Shown here piece by piece: positions 41,006-51,033 of a DNA stretch of 64,000 bases. Position 1 is the first letter of the stretch. Each line of letters opens with the position of its first letter. Position numbers and translations under genes: made by a program. The notes under the pieces were generated by a model. The model did no database searches and was not told the DNA's origin. It saw nothing but the letters and a program-made list of their open reading frames with translations. Source of the stretch: an uncultured Acidobacteriota bacterium (lineage in GTDB: Bacteria > Acidobacteriota > Vicinamibacteria > Vicinamibacterales > 2-12-FULL-66-21). The DNA is taken from positions 882,388 through 946,387 of the forward strand of contig CAWJNJ010000005.1 in NCBI GenBank assembly GCA_963844245.1, read 5' to 3'.

Positions 41006-43439
41006 ATGATCGACGACCTTAGAGCCGCCCTGCGGTCACTTCGGCAATCTCCGACTTTCACCGCCGTGGCGCTCACGGTCCTGGCGCTGGGGATCGGGGC
41101 CGGCACCGCGGTGTTCTCGGTCGTCGACGCGGTCGTCCTCCGCGCCCTTCCCTTCGATCAGCACGACCGGCTGGCGGTCGTCCTCGAGCACGACCCCACC
41201 GGCAAGTCGGTATTCGGGTCCGGTCATACGACCGCGCAGACCTATTACGACTGGCGCAACAGGCAGGAGTCCTTCGACGGTCTGGCGGCGATCTCGAACT
41301 CATCATTCCGCTTGAAGAATGAGAATGGCGAGCCGGCCGAGGCGCGCGGGCAGACCGTCACGTGGGAGTTCTTCCCGCTGCTGCGTGTCGCTCCGTTTCT
41401 CGGCCGCAACTTCACCGCGGAGGATGAAATCGACGGACGTCACCGCGTCGTGCTCCTCAGCTACGGTCTCTGGCAGCGGCGTTTCGGCGGAGCGCCGGAC
41501 GTGGTCGGCAAGACGATCGAACTGAGCGAGGCGTCGCTACGAAATCATCGGCGTCATGCCGCGCGGCTTTCAGTATCCCGTCGCCAGCGAACGGCCGAGC
41601 GAGCTCTACACGCCGAGGCGCGTCCGGACCGAGGACAAGGTGCGAGGCAACAGCCGCAACTTCAACTCGATTGTGATTGGCAGGTTGAAAAACGGGGTCA
41701 GCCTCGAGCAGGCCGGGGAGCAGATGAATCGGGTCGCCGAGGCGCTCGATCGAGAGTATCCGAAGTGGAGCCCGGGCCGGCGAACCCGGGTCATTCCGCT
41801 GCAGGAGCATCTCGTCGGCAAGGTGCGCTCGTGGATGCTGATGCTGCTCGGCGCCGTGACACTCGTCCTGCTGATTGCGTGCGCCAACGTCGCCAACCTG
41901 ATGCTCGCCCGCGCGACGGTTCGGCAACGCGAGATGAGCATTCGTTCCGCGCTCGGTGCCAGCCGCTGGCGCCTGGTTCGCGGCCTGCTGGTCGAAGGGC
42001 TCCTGCTCTCGCTCACCGGCGCGGCGATTGGCCTCCTCCTCGCCTACCTCGGCGTGGAAGCTATACGCGCCTGGTTACCGGCCGGCCTGCCGAGGGTGGC
42101 ATCGATCGGGATCGATATGCGCGTGCTCGGAGCCGCGACCGCGACGGCAGCGTTGTGCGGGATTGTTTTCGGGATCGTACCGGCGCTGCAGTCGTCGCGC
42201 CCTGACCTCACGCGCGCGCTGAAAGACAGCGGCCGGTCCAATACCGCCGGCATCGGCAGCCAGCGGTTGCGAGGCGCGCTCGTCGTTTCTGAAGTCGCGC
42301 TCGCCGTCGTCCTTCTCGTCGGCGCCGGGCTGTTCGTCGGCAGCTTCGTCCGTCTCGTGAGCATCGATCCCGGTTTTGACTACAAGAACGTCCTTACCTT
42401 CTATGTTTCCCCGGCTATGCAGCCGGGCAAGTTCCAGGAGGCGATCAAGGCGAGCCGCACCTACGTGCCGCAGATGCAGGAGGCGGTGCGCCACGTTCCC
42501 GGCGTGGCCATGGTCGGCACCGTCGGCGGTGGACTGCCGCTCACCGGCAGCTGGAGCCGCACGAGCGTCGAGATCCCCGGCCGGGGCGAGTTGAAAGGGG
42601 ACGACGACTCCGTCGACCAGCGGATCGTGTCGCCCGAATATCTTCAGACGATGAGGATCCCCCTGATCCGCGGCCGGATGATTCAGCCGACCGACGTCGA
42701 GTCATCCGAGCAGGTCGTTGTCATCAACGCAGCGGCGGCGCAGAAGTATTGGCCCGGTGAAGAGGCGCTCGGAAAGCGCGTCAAGATCAACTCGAGCGAT
42801 CGCGTCGTGGTCGGGATTGTCGGCAACATCCGTCACCTCGGGCCTGAGCAGCCGGCGCGCCAGGAGGCGTACATCCCGTTCTACCAGGGGTCCGACCTCG
42901 GTGGAGAGCTCGTCATCCGCACGCACGGCGATCCGAAGGCTCTCATCCCGGCAGTCAAAGCAGCGATCTGGTCGATCAACCCGGAACAGCGCCTGACCGG
43001 CGAGATCGTGACGCTCGAAGGGCACATGGACAAGCTGCTGGCGCAGCGCCGCTTCAACATGGCCTTGCTCGTCCTCTTTGGCGGCCTCGGCCTGGTGATC
43101 GCGGCCGTCGGCATCTACGGGGTCATGGCCTACCTCGTGGCGCAGCGGACCAACGAGATCGGCGTTCGCATGGCACTCGGCGCGACCCGCGGGAACGTGG
43201 TGGGAATGGTCCTGAAACGCGCCGCCGTGCTGATGGCGGCCGGCCTCGCCCTCGGTGGCGCCGCCGCGTGGCTGCTGAGCAGCAACGTCGAAAGCTTCCT
43301 GTTCCAGACGCGCGCGACCGATCCGCGCATCTTCGTCGCGTCACTGGTGATGCTGACGCTGGCCGGACTCGCCGCCAGCGCGGTGCCGGCGCTGCGCGCT
43401 GCCGCCGTCGATCCGTTGGTGGCCTTGCGACACGAGTAA
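41006..43439 (+). CDS. ADOP-family duplicated MacB/FtsX-type permease; one frame break
   Basis: N-terminus MIDDLRAALRSLRQSPTFTAVALTVLALGIGAGTAVFSVVDAVVLRALPF and C-terminus ALRAAAVDPLVALRHE. Junction near 41533 (GKTIELSE / RYEIIGVMPRGFQYP). Confidence 0.85.
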
Positions 43440-43460
43440 GGCCACGAGTGGATCGACGGC

Positions 43461-43563
43461 GGATGGAAATGGGAAATGGAAGAGGGAAGATGGAAAAGAG
43501 CCCGGCTTCAGCGCCGGTGCCACTAACCAATCTCTTTTCCATTTTCCCTTTTCCCTCTTCCAT
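43461..43563. repeat. ATGG/GGAA heptad hairpin between convergent ADOP permease and BNR genes
   Basis: Left arm ggatggaaatgggaaatggaagagggaagatggaaaagag, right arm ctcttttccattttcccttttccctcttccat. The loop is cccggCTTCAGCGccggtgccactAACCAAT. Confidence 0.8.
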
Positions 43564-43588
43564 GCGCGCGCGCAGCGCGCAGCGGCGC

Positions 43589-45990
43589 TTAGAACTTCAG
43601 CCGCTGCGCGTCCATCACCCAAACCCCCCGTCCGTAAGTCGAGATCACGATGACCTTGTCGCGCGCGTGGTAGACCAGGTCCGATACCTGGGTGGACGGC
43701 AGGTTGCCGCCGAGCACCTGCCACTGCTTACCGCCGTCGGTCGTGACGAACGCACCGAAGTCGGTCCCGACGTAGAGCACGTTCGGGTTGGTGGGGTCTT
43801 CGCGGATCACGTTCACAGGACCTGCCGGGATGTTGCCGACGATGCTCGTGAAGGTCTTCCCGCCATCGATCGACTTATAGATGTACGGCGCGAAATCATC
43901 GTCTTCCCGGCCGCGCTGGGTGACGTAAACCGTGTTGTCCGCGTGCATGGACGGCACGACGCGTGAGTACCACCTGCTGCTCGGCACACGGGCGCTCAGG
44001 TCCGTCCAGGTCTTGCCTGCATCCGACGTCACGTGCAGCTTGCCGTCGTCGGTCCCGGCGTAGATGAGACCCTTGACGCGCGGGGATTCATCGAGCGCCG
44101 TGATCGTCTGGTACGGGATCTCGCTCGAGCTGCGCGGCAGCATCTGCTTCGGATCGTTGGCGGTCAGATCAGCGCTGATCTTTTCCCACGCATCACCGCG
44201 GGTGGTCGAGCGGAAGACGAACTGGTATCCGAGATAGACGGTGTGCGGATCGTGCGGCGACAGCACCACCGGCGCCATCCACTGGGCGCGGAGGTCCTGC
44301 TCTTTCGGCTGAATGCTGGTCGAACGGCGTGGAGCATCCGGGGCCGGCTGCGGCGGCGTCGTGCCCCCCTCGCCACGTCGCCCGCGCGCGGGTGCCGGCA
44401 CGCTCAGGTCTACCCGCGAGAAGTTCCCGTAGAAGCCGTGCGAGTAGACGATGTTGGGGTTCTTGGGGTCAACCGCGTGGTGCGAACCCTCGCCCCCAGG
44501 GGCACCTTCGAAGTCGACGAGCGCGATCTTGTCCCGGCCTGCGCCGAGATCCAACCGGCCGCGCATGCTGCCGATGTCCTGGATCGAACCATAGGCCCAC
44601 GGCGCCGGACTCTGATCGACCGTGATGTTGTAGAACTGCGCACCGCCCGCCGAGACGGCGAACTTCCAGGTCTTACCCGCGTCCTCTGTCGAGTAGAAGC
44701 CACCGTCGTTGACGCTGTAGATGACCTGCGTGTTCTTCGGATCGATCCAGAGGCCGTGATGGTCGCTGTGGATCGACCGGGAGTTGGCGAAGGTCGCAAA
44801 GGTCTTGCCTCCGTCGGTCGAGACGTTGAGACCGAGACCGAGCGTGTAGATCGTGTTCTCGTTGGTGGGATCGACTCGAATCTGCCCGAACACCCAGCCG
44901 TAGGTTCCGGAGTGGTTGGTCATGAACTGGTTGGAGTCGCTCACCTTCTTCCACGACGTCCCGCCGTCGTCTGTCCGGTAAACCTCGGCCGCCTTGATGC
45001 GGGCCTCGAAAATCGGCCGGCCGTAGGCGTCACGCTCGCCTTCCTTCGCGGGCACACCGGGCTCGTAGTTGTCCACGAACGCATACAGGACCTTCGGATT
45101 GGAACGTGCGATGTCGATGCCAATGCGTCCGCGGTGCTCGGCTGCGGGCAGGCCAGCGCTCGCATCGGTCCACGTCTTGCCGCCATCGGTCGTCTTGAAC
45201 ACGCCGCCTTCGCTGTAGCCGGGCTCGACGCGCGGATCGCTCCACTTGCGCCGGACGCGCTGCCACATCGATGCGTAGATGACGTCAGGGTTCGCCGGAT
45301 CCATCACGAGGTCCCACGCACCAGTCCGCGGGCTCTTGTAGAGGACCTTGTTCCAGGTGGTCCCGCCATCCGTGGTCTTGAAGACACCGCGCATCTCGTT
45401 ATCCGTCCACTCATGGCCCGACGCAGCGACGTAGACGATGTTGGGATTGGTCGGGTGGACGAGGATGCGGCCGATCGTCTGCGTATCGGTGAGGCCCATG
45501 TGGGTGAAGGTCTGCCCGCCGTTGGTGGACTTGTAGATGCCCACACCTGCCATCGAGGCGCGGAAGATGTTCGCCTCGCCGGTGCCGACCCAGAGAATGT
45601 CCGGGTTCGATGGTGCGACGGCGAGATCCCCAATGCTCGTGGACGGCATGTCGTCGAAGATCGGCGTCCACTTGACGTTGTCATCGGTCTGCCAGACGCC
45701 GCTCGTGGCATAGGCCGCGTAAATGCGGCGGCCGCCGGCACGGTCGCCGTGCCCGCACGGTCCGCGACCGCGATGTCGGTGGCGCGGCCACTGATGTTCT
45801 TCGGCCCGAGGTATTGCCACTCGACCTGGCGATACGGCGACGCCTGCTTCATCGTCCGGTAAGTCTCGTACGCCTGACGCAGGTACTCGGCGTCGGCCTT
45901 GGCCGAACTCTGCGCCCGAAGCCCGGCCGCAAGGCCAATCGCGGCGAGCGAGATGATGAGGGGACGGAAGATCGTTGACTTGCGCTGCAT
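43589..45990 (-). CDS. BNR/Asp-box sortilin-type beta-propeller exported protein (second paralog); one frame break
   Basis: The signal-peptide N-terminus MQRKSTIFRPLIISLAAIGLAAGLRAQ is in the 45990 frame. The body is in the 46018 frame and carries KSTNGGQTF, KTTDGGTTW, KTTDGGKTW, RTDDGGTSW, STDGGKTF, TSDAGKTW, SIDGGKTF and TTDGGKQW. Junction near 45745. Confidence 0.8.
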
Positions 45991-46016
45991 AGATACTCCT
46001 GAGTAGGACTGGCGAC

Positions 46017-46041
46017 ATGGTAGATGGTCAATGGTAGATGG
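46017..46041. repeat. solo ATGG-heptad array between the guaB stop and the BNR start
   Basis: atggtag-atggtca-atggtag-atgg shares the same units as the 40842 element. No complementary partner nearby. Confidence 0.5.
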
Positions 46042-46047
46042 CGGCTG

Positions 46048-47584
46048 TCAGCGGTCGTACGACTCCCGTCGCGCGGAAGCGGATTGCTTGATGACGAACG
46101 TGGCTGGATCCTTCCAGAACTGCTCGCGAAGGCCGCGCAGGCTGTCGGCGCCACCGTAGCTGATCGAGGAGCAGAGGTGCTTGATCATGTCCCGCACGAT
46201 GGTGCGGGCGGAGCCTCTGGCCGGCACGCTGATCTCCATCCCCTCTGCGCCGATCGCTTCCAGCTCGACGCGGTCGGCATCTTCGACGTCGAGCCGGTCG
46301 CGGATCGCCTCGAGCGACGCCATTCCGCGCAGCACCTTGAACGGTACCTTCACGGTCTTCTGCGATTCGGGGATGAGCACCGACTTGTGGACGACCTCGC
46401 CGGGCGCTTCTTCGGTTCCGGCGAATGCGGAGCCGAGCATGGCGCAGTCGCCGCCGAACAGGAGCGCCAGCGCGAGCGAACCATGCCGCTTGATCCCGCC
46501 GTCCGCAATAACGCCGATGCCTGAGTCCGCAACCGCGAGGCGGCACTCGACGAGCGCCTGCACCTGCGGAACGCCGAAGCTCGTGGTGATCCGCGTCGTG
46601 CAGCCGCCCCCGGGACCGATCCCGACCTTGATGCCGTCGGCCCCGAGATCGAGCAGGAACCGCGCCCCCTCGGTCGTCGCGACATTCCCGGCGATCAGCT
46701 CGGTGTCGGGGAACTGCTTCCTGAACGACTCGAGCGCGCGCTGCATCACGACAGAGTGGCCGTGGGCGATGTCGATGACGAGGACGTCGACGCCGGCGCG
46801 TACCAGCTCGGCTTGCCCGTTCGAGGTAGTCACCGGTCGCACCGATGGCGGCGCCAACCATCAGTCGTCCATGGCGGTCACGGGTCGCGAAGGGGACCTG
46901 GCGCTGGCGGGTGATGTCACGCGCCGTGATCAGACCGATCAGCCGCCCATCCGCGGCCACGAGCGGAAGCTTCTTGATCTTTCGCTCGACCATGATCCGG
47001 GCCGCTTCCTCGTGATCGAGCGTGCCTTCATGAACGACGAGACGGTCCACCGGCGTCATCCGGTCCGCCACGCGCGAGCCGGCACGATCCACGAACCGCA
47101 TGTCGCGCTGCGTGAGCACGCCTTTCAGCTTGCGGTCGGCGTCGAGGACGACGAGCGTGCCGACCCGGGACCCCGCCATCAATGCCGCGGCTTCATCGAG
47201 CGAGGCCTCGGGCGCCACCGCATACGGGTCGCTGATCACCCCGTGCTGCGATCGCTTCACCTTCTCGACTTCGCGGACCTGCGGATCGATCTCCCCCGGC
47301 CGGAAGCCGCGATCGATGATCCCGATGCCCCCCTCTTCAGCCTGGACGATCGCCATCGGCGCACGCGTGACCGTATCCATGTTGGCCGACACGATCGGAC
47401 GGTTCAGCGTGATCCGGCGCGACAACCGGCACGAGAGGTCGATCACGGCCGGGTCCCGGCTCACGACGATCGAGCGCTGCGGCGCCAGGATGAAATCGTC
47501 AAACGTGCAGCCGCGCGTCATCTCGACCATGGCCGCCATGGAGGACGTGGTCAGGGCCGGGAAGAGCGAGGTATCGGTAGCCAT
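46048..47584 (-). CDS. guaB: IMP dehydrogenase; one frame break
   Basis: N-terminal barrel plus a CBS pair in the 47584 frame; the catalytic part (IAGNVAT, GIGPGGGCTTR, IADGGI) is in the 46857 frame. The junction is at an extra base near 46814 (GDYLERA / ELVRAGVDVLVID). Confidence 0.9.
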
Positions 47585-47597
47585 ATCGACATCCTAT

Positions 47598-47697
47598 GCC
47601 ACAGAAGAAACACAGAAGAACACAGGAAGGCAAAATGAGAGCGCCTTGTGGATCTTCTGTGTTTCTTCTGTGTTTTCTTCTGTGTTTCCCCTGTGGC
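47598..47697. repeat. CACAGAAGAA-unit hairpin between divergent guaB and NUDIX starts
   Basis: Left arm gccacag-aagaaacacagaagaacacaggaagg, right arm gatcttctgtgtttcttctgtgttttcttctgtgtttcccctgtggc. The outer clamp is gccacag/ctgtggc. The right arm is one unit longer. Confidence 0.75.
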
Positions 47698-47713
47698 CTA
47701 GAATGGAATCACA

Positions 47714-48331
47714 GTGCCGCTCAAGGACCTCGAACGCACGTTGCGCGTCAAACTGGCAGAAACGCTACCTGGTATCGAGGCCCAGATGCGGTTCGCACCG
47801 GCGCCGTCGCGTACGGGGTGGAAGGCCGGTTACTTCCCGGAGGATGCGCGCATCGCGGCGGCGCTGCTGTTGATCTACGACGGTCCGGCCGGGCCGGCGC
47901 TCGCCCTGACGGTGCGGGCCAGCGGCCTTACCAGGCATGCGGGCCAGATCAGTCTGCCGGGCGGCGCGGCAGATGCCGGCGAGACGCTGGCACAGACGGC
48001 GCTCCGCGAAGCGCAGGAGGAGATCGGCGTCGATCCGGCCTCGGTGATCGTGCTCGGTGAGCTGACGCCCGTTCACGTGCTTGTCAGCGGCTTCACGCTG
48101 CACCCCGTAGTCGGGGTCACGCATCAGCGGCCGGTGTTCCAGGCCGCGGCAGGAGAGGTCGACGAGATTCTCGAGGTGTCGCTCGATGATCTGCGCGACG
48201 CGTCGCGGATCCGCCGCGGCACCAGGATCCGCGAAGGGGTCGCGGTCGAGTACCCCTACTTCGACCTGCTCGGTCACCAGGTCTGGGGCGCCACCGCGAT
48301 GGTCCTCGGTGAATTCGTCTGCCTGATCTGA
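47714..48331 (+). CDS. NUDIX hydrolase (CoA pyrophosphatase-like)
   Basis: Nudix box LPGGAADAGETLAQTALREAQEEIGV. 205 aa; GTG start. Confidence 0.8.
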   Translation: MPLKDLERTLRVKLAETLPGIEAQMRFAPAPSRTGWKAGYFPEDARIAAALLLIYDGPAGPALALTVRASGLTRHAGQISLPGGAADAGETLAQTALREAQEEIGVDPASVIVLGELTPVHVLVSGFTLHPVVGVTHQRPVFQAAAGEVDEILEVSLDDLRDASRIRRGTRIREGVAVEYPYFDLLGHQVWGATAMVLGEFVCLI

Positions 48332-48407
48332 AGCTCCAGCTCACAGCTATCAGCCATCAGCTCAGCTGAAAGCTGAGACTAAGCTGAAAGCTGGAAAGCT
48401 GAGAGCT
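48332..48407. repeat. AGCT+N3 heptad hairpin between convergent NUDIX and PQQ-propeller genes
   Basis: About 10 AGCT cores plus one AGCC variant in ~76 nt (agct-cc-agct-cac-agct-atc-agcc-atc-agct-c-agct-gaa-agct-...-gag-agct). Starts directly after the TGA at 48331 and ends over the reconstructed TAG of the minus-strand gene. Confidence 0.75.
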
Positions 48408-49819
48408 ATTTCCTAATCGCGAACAGGTGCTTGTCGCCGCGGATGAAGATGGTGTCCTGCGCAAACGCGAGCGAGGCCCAGACCGGTTCGTCGATCAGTG
48501 TTGGTGCGCAGCACTTCGTGTTTCGGCCCGGCCTTGATCACGAACGTGTCCCCTTCTTCGTTGGTCTGCAGCAGCTTGTCGCCGAACGCGACCAGCGACG
48601 ATTTGAACGTCGCCGGGATCGGCGGCCGGCCGCCTTCGTACTGCACCGCCCCGGTCTTCGCATCGAGGCAGGTCAGCAGCCCCGCTTCACTCATCAGATA
48701 CAGGTAGTCCCCGACGAGAATCGGTGATGGAACGTAGGCGGTTCCCTTGTTGTAGGTCCAGACCACCTTGTCGGTGCCGGTCAGATCTCCATTGGTGCCC
48801 GGGCGGACCGCCATCGCCACCTTCGCAGCGCTGCCGGCCGAGAGAAACACCAGTCCGTGGCCCGCTACAGCACTGGGGATCGGGTGGCTGCGGACGCCTT
48901 CGACGCGCCACAGCTCCTTGCCGGTCTTCGGATCGTAGGCAAAAACCATCTCGGCGCCGGACGCAATGAGCTCGGTACGGCCTGCGGCCTTGACCAGGAG
49001 CGGCGTCGCCCAGCTGCGGCGGGTAGCCCGCTCGACGCGCCACACTTCCTTGCCGGTCAGTTTGTCGAGCGCCACGATCGCGGAGCCCGTGCCCATCTCC
49101 TGATCGTTTTGCAGGATGATCAGGTTTTCGAACAGTACCGGCGAGGTGCCGGGCCCCATGCCGGCCTTTGCAATATTCCCGAGCGAGGCCTTCCACACCG
49201 GCTTGCCGTTGAAATCGTAAGCGTAGAGACCGGCCGCCTCGAAGTACGCGTAGACCCTCTCGCCATCGGTGACGGTGGTCGAGGAGGCGTAGGTATTCTT
49301 GCGGTGACGGTTGTCGTGCATGAGACCGTCATACGACGTTCGCTCCCAGAGAAGCTTGCCCGTGCGCGTGTTATAGGCGAGCACCTTGAGCGCATGCTTG
49401 TAGTCGACACCTTCGCTGTCGGCGTGCAGGTAACCTGGCTTCAGGTCGAATCCGAGATGGTCGGGCGCTGTGCGGCCTGCCACCTGCTCACCCTTGATCG
49501 ACGTCGTGAGAAACAGGTGGTCGCCCCAGATCACCGGCGATGAATGGCCGCTGCCTTCAACCGGCACCTTCCACGCCACGTTCTTGTCCGGCCCCCACTC
49601 CTCGGCGTATGAGGTACCGGCCGCGATCCCGAGTCCATCCGGTCCGCGCCACTGCGCCCAATGGTCATCGACTGCCGCCGTTTGCGAAGCGCTACCGAGC
49701 GCAAGAAAGACAGCCACGCCGCAGGCGGCAGGGATAACGCTGGTCGGCACTCTCATCGTGATCAGTAGCATACACGCGGGCGACCGGCCGTACCGCTTGC
49801 GTCGGGGCTGTCGCTCCAC
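48406..49819 (-). CDS. PQQ-like (BamB-type) beta-propeller repeat exported protein; 3'-terminal frame break
   Basis: Signal peptide followed by repeated WRGP/W.....G..SSPV propeller blades. The last ~30 codons continue in another frame (LIDEPVWASLAFAQDTIFIRGDKHLFAIRK-TAG at 48406). The as-written ORF ends at 48413. Confidence 0.7.
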
Positions 49820-49832
49820 ACATCATGCGGAT

Positions 49833-50999
49833 GTGCCCGACCGCATCCGTATCCGGACCCTCCTCATTTCCATCGCCTTGTATGCCGTGGTCACGCCGGG
49901 CTGCGCAAGACAGCGCACGGCGACGTCAACAGCACCGTCCGCACCAGACGATGTCGCACTGGCGGCGGAGCGCATCCTGCCACCGACGCCGGATCCGACC
50001 GGTCTGCGGTTCGGTGGACTGTCAGGCATGGTCTCGCTTCGGGACGGACGGGAACTGCTGGCCATCAGTGATGACTCCGACAACAGCCGGGTGTTCCGGC
50101 TGCGGGTCACCGACACACCGGCATGGAACGTCGAACGCGTCGCAACGATTCCCCTCGAGTCGAACACCAGTGCATTCGCCAGGCTCGATCCTGAAGGCAT
50201 CGCGCTGACGGCTGAGGGCCACATGCTCATCAGTTCAGAGGGCATATCGACCGAGGACGCGCGCCTTCCGCCGTCCATCACCGAATTCTCACCAGACGGC
50301 CGGTTCATCCGGAAACTACCGGTCAGGCCCCGATACATTCAGAATCCTACCGGGCCGCTGGTCACCGGCGTTCGCAGCAACGCCAACTTCGAGAGTCTGA
50401 CGACGACTTCGGATTTCTCCCGACTGTTTACGGCAACGGAAGTTTCGCTTCTGCAGGATGGTGATGGAGACCCGTTCTCGACAGCGCCGCGTACCAGGAT
50501 CCTCGAGTATGCGCGGAGCCGTGACGGCTACCAACCGGCGCGAGAGTTCGCATATGACCTCGATCCACTGCCGAAACCGGTCTTTCCGGTCCGCTTTGCG
50601 GTGAATGGCCTGGTCGAGCTCCTGGCCCTGACCGGCACCGAACTCATCGCGATGGAGCGAGCCTTCATCGAATCGGAAGACCAGTCCGCCACCATCAACA
50701 GGATCCGTCTCTATCGCATCAGCCTGGCCGGCGCCTCGGACATCTCCGAGTGGGACACGTTGAGCGGGCATGGGCCGGTGACCCCTGTCCGAAAGGTGCT
50801 GCTCGCAGACTTGAAGGGGCTCGAGGGTCTCTCACCGCGACTGGCGAATCTCGACAACTTCGAAGGCCTCGCGTGGGGTCCGCCCGGCCGCAACGGCGTG
50901 CGGCCACTGATCGTCGTCAGTGATGACAACTTCAACGCCGGCCAGGTGACAGCGTTCCTCTTTCTCGAGCCGGGCCGTTCGGTGGGAGCAGTTCGATAG
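49833..50999 (+). CDS. phytase-like esterase family lipoprotein
   Basis: In-frame GTG at 49833 gives (M)PDRIRIRTLLISIALYAVVTPGC (lipobox). The body resembles the esterase-like activity of phytase family (...LDPEGIALT...NFEGLAWGP...). The family call comes from memory. Confidence 0.55.
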   Translation: MPDRIRIRTLLISIALYAVVTPGCARQRTATSTAPSAPDDVALAAERILPPTPDPTGLRFGGLSGMVSLRDGRELLAISDDSDNSRVFRLRVTDTPAWNVERVATIPLESNTSAFARLDPEGIALTAEGHMLISSEGISTEDARLPPSITEFSPDGRFIRKLPVRPRYIQNPTGPLVTGVRSNANFESLTTTSDFSRLFTATEVSLLQDGDGDPFSTAPRTRILEYARSRDGYQPAREFAYDLDPLPKPVFPVRFAVNGLVELLALTGTELIAMERAFIESEDQSATINRIRLYRISLAGASDISEWDTLSGHGPVTPVRKVLLADLKGLEGLSPRLANLDNFEGLAWGPPGRNGVRPLIVVSDDNFNAGQVTAFLFLEPGRSVGAVR

Positions 51000-51033
51000 A
51001 ATCGGAGCGCGCGTGCGCGCACAACCGAGGTAG

